Part shown: in pieces, positions 1-13,713 of the stretch
How the letters are laid out: each line of letters begins with the position of its first letter
How positions within the stretch are numbered: position 1 is the first letter of the stretch
Assembly: GCA_037447605.1 (NCBI GenBank)
Contig: CM074807.1
Location: forward strand, 868,001-932,000
Reading direction: 5' to 3'
DNA length: 64,000 bases
Source of the DNA: Zygnema circumcarinatum SAG 698-1b
Lineage: Eukaryota > Plantae > Zygnematophyceae
Notes under the pieces: generated by a model
Database searches by the model: none
Seen by the model: the letters and a program-made list of their open reading frames with translations, nothing else
What the model was told of the DNA's origin: nothing
Translations under genes and position numbers: made by a program

Positions 1-125
1 AAACATATCCAGTTTGATACTGCATGTCAGGATACAATCTCTGGCATATAAGGGACAAGTTAATTACGCAAATAGAAATATCCAGTAAGTGAAAAAAACA
101 TGATACTTTAAATGGAAAGCTTTAC

Positions 126-1267
126 CTCAAAGAGGGGCGTTCGCTCATCAATGGCGGTGTACAGAACCCTCCAATTGAAAGCAAGCCAACTGGAGACAAA
201 ACATACAAGGTTAGGATTTCATCATCTACCGTTGAAAGAACCCCAACTACCACAACAAAATCTAAGCAAAACTTTTTAAAGCGAGAAAAGAAGGCGGGTG
301 AAGTTTTCCAGGGTAAAGACGAAACCAGAAGTTTGAGAGAGAAGTTTGTGCAACGAAATTTCTTGCCAACGTCTGCAGCTTGGTGAATTTGTTGACAATT
401 TCAACAAATAACCCACCAAATGCAGCTTTTCTTATCTTTTCAATTTCATAATGTTTATGAAAGAACCAATCGGAGAGAAAAAAATGCAGCATTGAGATTC
501 CGATTGCACAGTGACAATGCTCAGTCTGGACCCCCCTCATGCACTGCTGCTACAGCCCTCCCTCCTCCCCCCCCACCTCACCTCAACTCCTTGTTGTAGA
601 CCTCATCCGACAGCAGCAGCGACTCCAAAGTGACACCTGTCAGGTCCTGCGCGAGAGCCTCCTGCACTCCCACAGGAGGCATCACCGCCCTCCCGGGCCT
701 CTGCACAATGGCAGAAATGGCACAAGCAGCCGCAGACCCCTCTCCCCACCCCGCATGCCCATTGGCTTTCTCACTGCTCTTCTTCTTCCTGTTCTCCTTC
801 TCCTTCTTCCAATGCGCCTTCACTACAGACCCAACTTCATCGTCGTCAGAGCTCCACAGCGCCCCCCTTCCCTGCGAGCCGTGGCTCTCCGTGTCCTGCT
901 GCGGACGAGACGTTCCATTAGGGCGGTCAAAACTGAGCGGAAACTCCGCCTCTTGGCCTTTAAACTGCATGGGGATGCTGATGGTCCGGTGATTGGGCTC
1001 CGCATTTTGGGAGTCTGCATCGGCCCTCACTTGGACTGCGCATAAGTTATGGTGAAATCTGGTCGGAAATGGAGAAGGGTTCTGAAGAGAACCCCTCTGG
1101 GTTTCAATGGAAGAAGGAAAATAAGTTGAAGTCAAAGTTAAGCTCCGGTTTGCGTTCCGAAGGAGGACGGGCTTTGAAGTTGAGAAACTGCAGGAGGAGG
1201 AGGCTGTGAGCCTATCAGAGGCGAGCGCATTATTGGCAGGAAAGGCCGCTGCTTCCAGGAAGCTCAT
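126..1267 (-). CDS. PPK1: Polyphosphate kinase 1, 5' part only (exons 1267-582 and 189-126; gene continues beyond the window start); N-terminal leader resembles a plastid transit peptide
   Basis: Splicing 582 (GTGAG donor) to 189 (CCAG acceptor) keeps the frame and gives [29 protein letters not shown]. This matches the PPK1 N-terminal signature Y-x(2-3)-ELSWL-x-FN-x-RVL...P-L-x-E. The first ~80 aa are Ser/Ala/Thr-rich and acid-poor. Confidence 0.88.
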
Positions 1268-2613
1268 GATGATGCGTATAAGATTTCTCTGAAGAAATCA
1301 CTTCGTCAATCAATAGGTGTTGCAGATTTTCTTTAAGAGATCCAAGAAGCAAGGCGTGAAAATCAGTCGCCTGCTCCTCCAACACTGAAACTACAAACAA
1401 GCCGTCCCATGCGCCAGCGAAAAAGCGTGTTCACCCCCTTCCTCCCTATGTCTACTTAGATATCTCCCCCTCCCGCCCTCTCTCCCAGTCAGGGCTCCCC
1501 TTGTCAACCCTAACTCCCCCTCCCTTCCCTTCCCAGCCAGGCCCCCCCCCGCCCCGAAACGGCTCTCTTTTTATACTAGGGCTTGCCGCCCACTGGCGGC
1601 GCCGCACTCCGTACACATTTCGTACGACAAACTGTACGAATCGTACAGCTCTTCAACCGCTTGTGGATGTACGGACAAAAAGCTGTACGGATTCCCGAGG
1701 ATTGCTCGGCCGGAACTGGCTGAGTCAAACGTGGACTGTCTGAGACAACTTTAAATGGGGTAGAACGCTCTGAATTCGAACACGAAAAATGTGACCCAAA
1801 AACAAATATCCCAAACTTGAACCTTGGTTCAGCCTCCCAGTAAAAATATCATGTACGGATAATTGCACTTTTGTACGGCCCGACGCTGGTAAACTGGTAC
1901 TGTACTGTACGGGATTTTTTTCCGTATGAAATTTTCGTACATAAAATCCGTACACATCATCGGCCCTGAACCCTACCAGCAGGTACCTTTTACCCGGCTC
2001 TGTTTACGGAAACATTCATCATATTAAGAATCCATATCTCGCCCTGATTCATAACTAGGAAAAGATGCTTTTGCGATTTACCGAATCTTACTCGCTCCCC
2101 TGCCACCCCCTTCCCCCAATCCCGGGAGAGGGCGGGCGCCCTCCCTCCCTCGGAAGGCGTCCGCGCGGTCGCTTTTGGCCGGGAGAACCTTCGGGAGGGC
2201 GCCACGTGTCGCACGGACAGACTGAACTCAGGTCTCGGTGTGGGGTCTTCGTCTGAAGGGCAAGGGGAGGGAAAGGGAGGGAGAGGGAGAGGGAGAGGGA
2301 GAGGGAGAGGGAGAGGGAGAGGGAGGGAGAGAGGGAGAGAGGGAGAGGGAGAGGGAGAGGGAGAGGGAGAGGGAGAGTGGGAAAGAGGGATAGAGAGAAA
2401 CTGGGAGAGGGAGAGAGTGGAGAGTGTACAGGAAATTGGCAGAGTCGCCGAGAGAGCACGGAAGTAACGAAGCAAACGAGAGCACAAGAGGGGAGAGAGA
2501 GGAGAGAGAGAGAGAGGGGGGGGGAGAGAGAGAGATCGAGAGAGGGGAGAGTTTTCCAAGGGGGAAAAGCAGAGGAGAGAGAGAGAGAGCAGGAGAGAGG
2601 AGGAGAGAAGACC

Positions 2614-5600
2614 ATGGCCGCCCATAGCCTCTATTTCACTTGTCTCTGTCGTGCAAACCCTAATGTGCTTCGCAGTCATAGTGAAGGCCGCTCACCCTCT
2701 CCTCTCCCTTCCTCCTTTTTGGGCCCTTCTCTCGCCCTCTCTCCTCTCTCCCTCTCCTCCTCCGACGACTGTGAAGCTCTGCAGCCCCCCCCTCTTCCTT
2801 CTCGAAGGCCTCTCCTTCACTCCCCCCCTCTCCATGCCTCTCTTCCGTCCAACGCACCGCAGAACTATGTCGCACGGAGACGCCGCCTGCGGAGGAGCCC
2901 TCTTGAAACTTCACCGAAAACTGGGTCAAGTTCGACTTCTGACTCGAGTCAATTTCGGTCGCGCACTGCCCCTCCGAGCTGCTCAGAGCACTCGGATGTG
3001 AGGACGGAAGTGAAGGGTTCTGAATCCATGGAACCCCATCTCAGTTCTGTGGAACAGACAGAGAAAAGTAACGGATCTGCAGGCGACGGTTCTATGCAGA
3101 GCGGTTCCCCAGGAAAGGAGGGCACTGCGTGGGACCCATTGGGAGTGGAGCCCGTAATGATCTCCTCGGTGAAAAAACAGAAGAAGAATGCTCTTAGTTC
3201 CTTAGACGCGTATTTCGATAAATTGAACGCATCCAAAGGGGTGCAAGTGCCGGTCGATTCGAGCGCTACTCGGCCAAGTTCCTCATCCGAAAGTGCTTTG
3301 TCAAGCTCGGATTCTTTGAAAGAAGGTGCTTCAAGTAGCGGAAATTCTAGTTCTGAGGTGAGTTCTGAGGCAGAAGGCGCAGTGCCTCTTCCGAAGGCTG
3401 TGAAGGCGCTGAAGTCGCTCGACGCTTACTTCGACAAGTTGCATCCGCCTGCTCCTGCTGCAGGTGGGTGGGCATTGCGTGAGACACTTATAACAGCGTA
3501 TATGCATAGGGCATAGGCTCCCATTTTTGCATCCAAGCATCACTGGAGTTAACGCTTCGCAAACTGTCTTTAGGAAGAACCGGAGGTCTTAAAAAGTCTT
3601 AGTCGAGTTTTCCCCCAATGTAGTGCAGACCTGCCTTCAAAAAACAAAATTAAGTAAAAAGAAGAAAGGGAGCGCCCCAAGTGTTCATGCCTCGATTCTA
3701 TTGATTCATTTTTTTTTTAGCTATTTTATTACTTTCAGAGAAGGAAGAGCAGCCTCCTCCAGTGGAGCCTCCTGTGGTTCTCCTTCCGGACCCTCAGGGC
3801 GAGTGGCAGCGCACTCTTCAGGACATAAAAAAGAGAAACGAGGAGGAATATAATAAGCTCCCCCCCGAGCTGAAGACGCCGGAAATGAGGAAGATGTGGG
3901 ACAAGATTGGGAGCTGGGTAGAGGAGGCGGAGAAGGGCGGTGCTAATGCAAAAGACGGGTCAGGTATGCTATGGATTCTCATAATACCTGTCGGTAAAAG
4001 AAAATTGTATGCTCCAGGTGAAGCATCTGTCGTATGTATGTGAAGATGAATGGGAGGGGAAGACAGAAAGTGGGGGAGAGAGAAATAGAGAGAGAGAGAG
4101 GGAGAGAATGAAAGAAAGGGCTGAGCAGTGTTTTTTGAGAGTGAGGCACGGAGCGAAAGCGCACAGCATGAAAAGGTGATGCAAAAGCCGGAATTGAGAA
4201 AGGGGGTTAGAGGGAGAGAGAGGGAGAGAGAGAGAGAAGGGGTGGAGAAATGAGCAGTGTATTTGGAAGCGGGTCACACTATCAAGGATGAAGCTAAAGC
4301 AGCAATTGGTTGAAAATTGATTAAATGTCGAAGTTAGTCATTCGATTGTTTTTCTGGGGATGAAATGAACTCCCCTGTGACCTGCTCTTGGTCGCGTGCA
4401 GGGCCGCCGAGGCCAAAACCGACATATGAGTTTGAGTTCATAGCGGAGGGGCAGAGCCTCTTCGAGAGATGGGAGGAGCAGCAGAAGATTATCTCCGCGC
4501 CCTGGGTCATGTAAGATTGCAAGCCCCTTTTATTTCACCTTTTCCCTTAATGAACTCTGTGTTTAGGAAGGAATCATTGTCGACTTTCGATTTCATAACA
4601 CCTCTCTCTCTCTCTCTCTCTCTCTCTCGCTCTCTCTCTCGCTCTCTCTCTCTTTCTCTCTCTCTCTCCCCCTTTCTCTCCCCTTTCTCCCCCCCCCACA
4701 CTCCTCTCCTTCCCATTTCTGCAATTGAACTGAAGAGCTGTCTGCCGCACTTGAGGTCGAGCAGGATGAACTGTGTGAGTTATATTTCATTTACCCCCCC
4801 CTTTTTTGGGACATTTATGAGTGTAACGTGAGGCGTGTGTGTGAATGCAGAAACTTAATGTTGGCTCTAAATGTGGCGGTGTATATTTTGGAACTGGGAA
4901 GTCCGGAGTTGGTGCCGGACAATATTATGACATCGCTGCCGTCTCTGTACATGGCAAAAGTTAATTCTCTCATTGCAGAGGGGGAGTGGTGGAGGCTCAT
5001 CACCCCCACGTTTCTGGTGAGAGTGAATCTGCTTTGCCCATCTGTTTAGGGTTTCGGTAGCAGCGCTTGAAAATGGATATACTTTAGGACCCACTGGAAA
5101 TCTTCCTGAACCAAGCAATGGTTTACATTTCTATGTGTTTCCTTGGCTAAGTACAAAGACGATGGAAGTGGAGTTTTCGTTTCGATAGACACTTCTATCA
5201 TTGAGGGCCCCTCTAAGATGAGAACTAAGAGGCTTTTAAATCCTGGTAATTGGTACAGGCTACTGGTAGCTTAGTATTTAGTAACGTTGTGGTGGGTTAG
5301 CCTTCAAGCAATACTTGTGCATTTGTAAGTCTGAGAACTTGCATATAGACCATAATGCAAACTGGCAAACACCTACAGTGAAACATCGAAGGGAGAGCAG
5401 AGAATCTAGGATTTTCTTTCACAAAAGCAGCTTTAGATTCGTATTATTCGTGCCATATTCGGATTGTTTGCCCTTGAAGTTTTTCCCACACATGTCCCCT
5501 TCTCGTCAACTCTCCTGCACAAAAGCCTCTCGCATGTGTGCGTTATGTGAAGTCACCTCTCGCAACAGCCAAACCCTAAACCCATTTCTGACGAAAGTTG

Positions 5601-5815
5601 ATGACAATGGCAGCATTCCGGCTTCCTCCACCTCCTCATCAGCTGCTTCACTCTCGCCCAATTAGGGCCCCGAGTAGAAATTGCTTTTGGGCCTTTGGGC
5701 TTCCTCGGAGCCTTCTTAGTCGGCGGCGCTTTTGGAAATCTGCTCAGCTTTGAGGCCACGGAGGGCATCACTGTGGGGGGAACGGTGAGCCCTTTAAACC
5801 CCATCTCTTGTCCAC

Positions 5816-5855
<40 letters not shown>

Positions 5856-7073
5856 ATTGGTAAGAGAGCTCGCAATGCAAGCGAGGTGAACCAGCCGAGT
5901 CTGCATAGTTTTATATATTTTCGACTACAGTAGTATTAAGCTGTGAGGTCGGCTCGTAACAAGTCCCGAGGTTATCTTTCCCTGTACTTCTGCGAAATGG
6001 GTTTTTTTTTTTTTTTTTTTTTTGTGTGTTAAGTATCTTAGTAGTGAGTCGCAGTAGTGTAGTGACGTGGAGGCGGAGAGGGGGGGGTGGCAGGGCCCCA
6101 TCTACGCGTTGGCGGGCGCGTGGATTGTGTACCTTTTGAAGAACAGGGAGGCCCTCGGGAAGGAGTGGGCCGACGGAGAGGCATGGAAGGTCGCCCTCCT
6201 CGCGGGACTAAACCTCGCGCTCGGGAGTCCCCCGCCCATAGATGACTGGTGAGTCGGGGGGGAGGGAGAGGGAGGGAGGGAGGGAGGGATGGAGGGGGAG
6301 GGAGGGCCAAAAAAAAGACAGAAATAAAAAGAAAGTAAGAGAAGTAAGAAAGAAGAAAGTAGAAAAAAGAGAAGAAGAATGAAGAAAAGAATTAATGTTG
6401 AAACGAGGGTAGAAAAACGATTAGGAACCAGTTGCAATAAGGAAAATAAAAAACCTTTCTCTGAAGAAGCAAAGTTAGTTTGAGGGGGGAGGGGGGAGGG
6501 GGGGAGGGGGGGGAGGGAGGGGGAGAGGAGGGAGGGAGAGGTGAGGTAGGTCATGTTGTCGCAAACCATCGCACCCCTCCGACCCAGCCTCCGCGAAGTC
6601 CATAGAAATGTTCTATCTATCCACTGTTTCCAATGTAGAGCTCTCGACAAGATAGAATATATGCCGTACATTGTGATGCTGTGCTGCTCGCCGCATTCTC
6701 GTGTCCTGACTCCATGTTCCATGTTCCCTGTTCCGTTGAACGGCCTCCGTCCGTCAGGACCCATTTGGGAGCAACGATTGGCGGAGCGTTCTATGCCCTC
6801 CTCGCCGCCCCCTCCATACGCGTCGCCTCCAGCTTCGGCAAACCCCCCTCGATAAAGTCAACAACGGCAGCGGGAGGAGGAGGAGGAGGAGAGGGAGAGG
6901 GAGAGGGAGAGACCTGGCTGGTCTCGTTGGGGCCGGGGGGGAAGCAACAGCTGTGGATCTACGCCCTCTGTTTGGGCGTGCTCGTAGCGTGCTATCAGGG
7001 GGGGGTTGCGGCGGCCAATGGGGGGGCGCTGCCCCTGTGGATGGGCGCAGGCTCGCCCGACCTTTTTATATGA
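2614..7073 (+). CDS. RBL9: Rhomboid-like protein, plastid RBL9-type; exons 2614-3463, 3739-3963, 4402-4510, 4851-5016, 5614-5784, 6094-6248, 6758-7073
   Basis: All junctions are GT-AG and phase-compatible. Motifs: LPSLYMAKVNSLIAEGEWWRLITPTFLHSGFLHL, GNLLSF...TVGGTGPIYAL, PIDDWTHLGA. The N-terminus resembles a transit peptide. Confidence 0.85.
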
Positions 7074-7090
7074 GAGGGAGGGAGGGAGGG

Positions 7091-7100
7091 AGAGGTGGGA
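7091..7100. other. Assembly gap (N10) inside a (GGGA)n tract
   Basis: N run. Confidence 1.
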
Positions 7101-8030
7101 GGGAGGGAGGNNNNNNNNNNGAGAGAGGGAGGGAGGGAGGGAGGGAGGGAGGGAGGGAGAGGAAGGAGGGAGAGAGGGAGAGAGGGAGAGAGGGAGAGGA
7201 GGGAGAGGAGGGAGGGAGGGAGGGCGAAGCTGTAGGTTTAGGGTTAGGGTTAATCCATAGGACAATGTGTACACTTATTAGTGGAGGGTTTGCGGTGTTT
7301 GATGAGAGATAAATGCAACATCCTCCGTTTTTCCTATCGGCGACCTTTTGCAGTTGCTCCTAGGGAGGGCTGCGTTGTTGAGCCTAGGCGTAACTTTCTG
7401 CTCATAGCTTTTTCCTTTTGGGCTTAGGTCCTTTACGACCAGTTCCTCGTGGTTTCCCCATGTTGATTTTGTCCATGTACATTTGATGGCATTATCGCCA
7501 TCGTGAGATCAATGCCACATCCATCCCCTTTTTTTCGCTTCCTTTCATTTTTTTTTTTCCCCCTTTGGCCCCTTTGGGAAGTCGCTCCTTTTCTGTGACT
7601 TCATTTGTCGCGAGGGAGGCTGGGGCAGGCATCGTCAAATTCTGGATTTACGGAAAATTTTCCGTATTTTGCTATTTCCAGGACCATTTTGAGTTTCATT
7701 TTTGGGTTTCCGGGACTTTTTTGTTTCCTACTTTGTTTGTATCTTTTTGTACTTTCTAGTACTTCTGGCTCTTTTTTTTGTACGTTTTTAGGTACTTTGT
7801 TTGCTCTTTTGGACGAAGCTTTTGTCCTGTAGTGGCAGTCGAACACCACAGTTTTTCTTACATTGCCGCATGAAGCATGAGAGTTCGACTTCTTGTTCGC
7901 CCCTTGTCGTCATGTATAGTAAAATTACTAAATTTGATTCTTTCTTTTGTGGAGGTGAATTTCATAGAAGAACTTTAACACAAAGTGCAGCCTTCCTTCC
8001 TTCCCTTGTGGTTTCCACATCCGCAAGCCT

Positions 8031-8072
8031 TTAGGGTTTAGAGTTTAGGGTTTAGGATTTAGGGCTTAGGGG
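8031..8072 (+). repeat. Degenerate interstitial telomere-like array (TTTAGGG variants)
   Basis: ttagggtttagagtttagggtttaggatttagggcttagggg. Confidence 0.85.
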
Positions 8073-8264
8073 CTAACAAGGCTCTTTGGCCCCAGAACTA
8101 AAGAATTCAACATGCAACTTTTTTTCCTCCAAAGTTCTTCACGGCCGTACGACCGTATTATTGTACGGCCGTTTTAAATGTGTTTATAAAAACGGCCTGA
8201 CTTTTAGAATATTTGAATTGGAATTCTAAACAACGACACTGCGCGCTAATGTACATCCCTAGGA

Positions 8265-8830
8265 CAGTAGGACCCCGTCATATTTTCCACCTACATTTGG
8301 CAAATATCGGGCGAAAATATTGTATTTGGCAAATATAAGGTCCGTGTTACAAATAGGCGAGCGGAATTATGTTAGAGTTCATGTATGTCCGTACGCATCT
8401 TATCGTATCGTTTTCTAGCATATCGTACCACATCGTATCGTATCGTTTAAATTTGAGCCCGTAAAGGCTACTACAGCTCGTACGGCTAGTACGGATAAGA
8501 CCGTATCGGAGAGTGTCGTATCGTATTGTATCGTATCGAAGCCAAGAAGAACGGGGAGAATAGCGAGCGCCTCTTACGGCGGCACGTGCGGGGAGATTAG
8601 GTGAGTTTTGTTTAAGCCCGTAACGGCTAGTTCAGCTAATACGGCTAGTACGTTTAGTACGGATAGTACGGGATTTAGGGTTTTTAGGGTTGTAGGGTTT
8701 TAAGGGTACGGGTAGTACGAATAGTACGGCTAACACGAAGTTACCGTACAAAATGGTGGTTTCGGCAAAATCGGGGCGAATTTCTTGGGGACGCACTTTT
8801 GAAGGTGGAAAATATGACGGGGTCCTACTG
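8265..8830. mobile_element. Non-autonomous TIR element (MITE-like, 566 bp) with perfect 28-bp terminal inverted repeats and a 2-bp GA flanking duplication
   Basis: 8265-8292 CAGTAGGACCCCGTCATATTTTCCACCT is the exact reverse complement of 8803-8830. GA lies at 8263-8264 and 8831-8832. The interior has CGTATCG and TAGTACG(G) repeats and no convincing ORF. Confidence 0.85.
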
Positions 8831-10720
8831 GACCAACATCGTGCGGGGTCCGTACACTGTACGAATTTTACACGTGGTTTCTGAAGTTGCGAGGCAGGGG
8901 AGGGGGTCGGACTCCATGTGAAAAATCGATCGTTCAATTAAAATATGGCCGGCCGTCACGGAGAACAGTGCAGGAAATTCACTGTAGCTGTGCGCGTAAC
9001 TGTCAGTAAAATTACCGTCACATGCAAAATTAAATAATATATTTCCTGACGGTTCCTTGGGGGCGAAATTCAGTCTCGAACCAAACTATCTCCGCAAATC
9101 GAAATCGAACAGAATCACAGAAATCTAAGAAATCAGAAATCAGAAAAATCAAGGAATCAAGAAAAATCACCAAAATTTAAATTCACAAAAAAATCCGTCC
9201 TTCATTTATCAAACCATTCCATGTTCCTTGCATGGAAATCCGCCCCGCCAAAGTCCCGCCAAAGTCCCTTTCGTACATATCGTACAAATAACAACAGATC
9301 CGTACTCAATTCGTACTGTGTTTGTACGCAAATCCTGTGGTCCGTATGGATTTGCCTCCGCATACGACATCCCCCGTCTGTACGGTTCGTCCTACGTGGC
9401 TGTCATTTTCCCCCTAGTCGCACGTGTGAGTCTTAAATGCCGCCCTGCCCGCGGCCGCCTGCCGGCCACAAGCGTCAGCGCGACAAAAACAAAATCTTTC
9501 GCCACGCTACCATTGGTCCACGTGTTCCTTAAAGATTCGTGGCTCCTGGCCCTGGCCCGGGCGGCTGCCACGTGGCATGCGCGGCTGCGCGCGCGGCCGG
9601 GCCGCCGGCGGCTAAGGGCGGTCGCACGGGTGGTCTCGAGGTCGCAAAGCCAATGGTCAGCGTCGCATGCACGCGTACAACGTCGCTCGCATATGCGGCC
9701 TGCGACCGGCCGCGGCGAGGCTGCCGAGGGGACGATCTGCGGCGGGGGGTCGCCTGCGACAGGGGCACCGTGCGACTACGTGCGATCTCGTGCGACGACC
9801 CTGCGATGGGTGTGTGCGACTCCAAGCGTGCGACGGCAGAGCAACGACCAAACCGCCGGTGGCTGCTCTCGCCCTTGCGCCGCCCTCCTGCCCTCTCCAT
9901 CTCTCCCTCGCCCCCTCCATCCCTCCCTCGCCCCCTCCCTCTCTCTCCCTCCCCCTCTCTCTCTCTCGCTCTTGCGGCTCGCTGGGCTGTCCGTGTCCCG
10001 CCCCCCCACCTTCCTCGAGAGGGGGCTCGATCGCACGTGCGGTCGCGAGGCATTAGCTTCTTGGTTGAGATCGAGCGGGAGAGGTGCGGCCCCCCGGTGG
10101 TGAGTGGGCCGGACCATGCTGCTTCTCTCTCGCGCGCTCTCCCTCTCTATCTCTCTCGTTCCGTCTGTATCTCGCTCCTCTTGTGTCCACCTTTTATCTT
10201 TTCCGTCGTCTTCTGGTGCTGCTGTTCCTGCCCTTCTCCCCGCTCCCTTTCCCTCCGTCCCTTACCTTCTCTTTTCAACCTCTACTCTTTCCCGTATGTC
10301 TTAGCATCCATATTACTCCGCCTCCGATCGGGAATGAATAGGTCTGCCGTAGTGCCTGTGTGGGCTTTGCAGCCCTCGCGAACACTTGATCCACATACAT
10401 AAAATTGCAAAAAGACCCCTCATCTTCATGGGGCTGTTCACATCACAGAACAGAGAGGGAGGGAAAGAGTGGGAAAAGAGAGCGAGAAGGAAAGCGAGAG
10501 AGGGGAGCCTAACCTCCCTTCCCCCCCATAGCAGCCGTCCCCACCTCTCCCTATCAGTCACTGACTGCTCCAAATCACAGCCCTACACCCCGCCACATGG
10601 GGCTGCCCTGAATGTCCCCGCCGCCCAAAATCCTCATTTGGGTTCTTCCTCTCTTTTGCAGATTCTGAACTTTCTTCAACCTATTTCATATTCTAAGCGG
10701 TTCTTCTAAAGGCAGGCAAG

Positions 10721-13388
<2,668 letters not shown>

Positions 13389-13713
13389 ATTGAGCTGACC
13401 TGAACGAGTAGAGAAAGTTAAAGTAGATGATGATGATGATGATAATAGCTGACTGACTGACTGACGTCATTAGTGTGAGATAGATCGGCCAGCGTAGCGC
13501 AAGCGGCGTTTGTAGGGGCTCAGAACTTTAGCGTTTGTTTGTTTGTCTGTAGGGTGCGCCATCACCATGCATGGCACAAAGTGTATAGCGGCGTTGGGCC
13601 GTATTTGCCCATGCAACAAGAGGAAGAAAGGTGGAGAGCTTTTCGCAATTCCCCTCAAGGGCGGTTCTGGGCCATGCCATGGGGCCATGGGCATGGGCAT
13701 GTGTCATGGGCAT

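Noticed and set aside
1-60. Possible third PPK1 exon
   Set aside because: No frame gives the expected R-x-x-FL-x-I...NLDEF motif; the next exon is probably outside the window.
1990-2679. ORFs with [24 protein letters not shown] runs here and throughout the window
   Set aside because: Products of (GA)n and (GAGAGG)n microsatellites in UTRs and introns.
9228-10402. Overlapping 170-290 aa ORFs on both strands
   Set aside because: GC-rich motif arrays and CT tracts lacking stops; no recognisable domain or splice structure.
13426-13469. C-box-like ATGATGA and D-box-like CTGA (possible snoRNA); similar at ~61704-61735
   Set aside because: These are (GAT)n and (CTGA)n microsatellites; the spacing is too short and there is no terminal stem.
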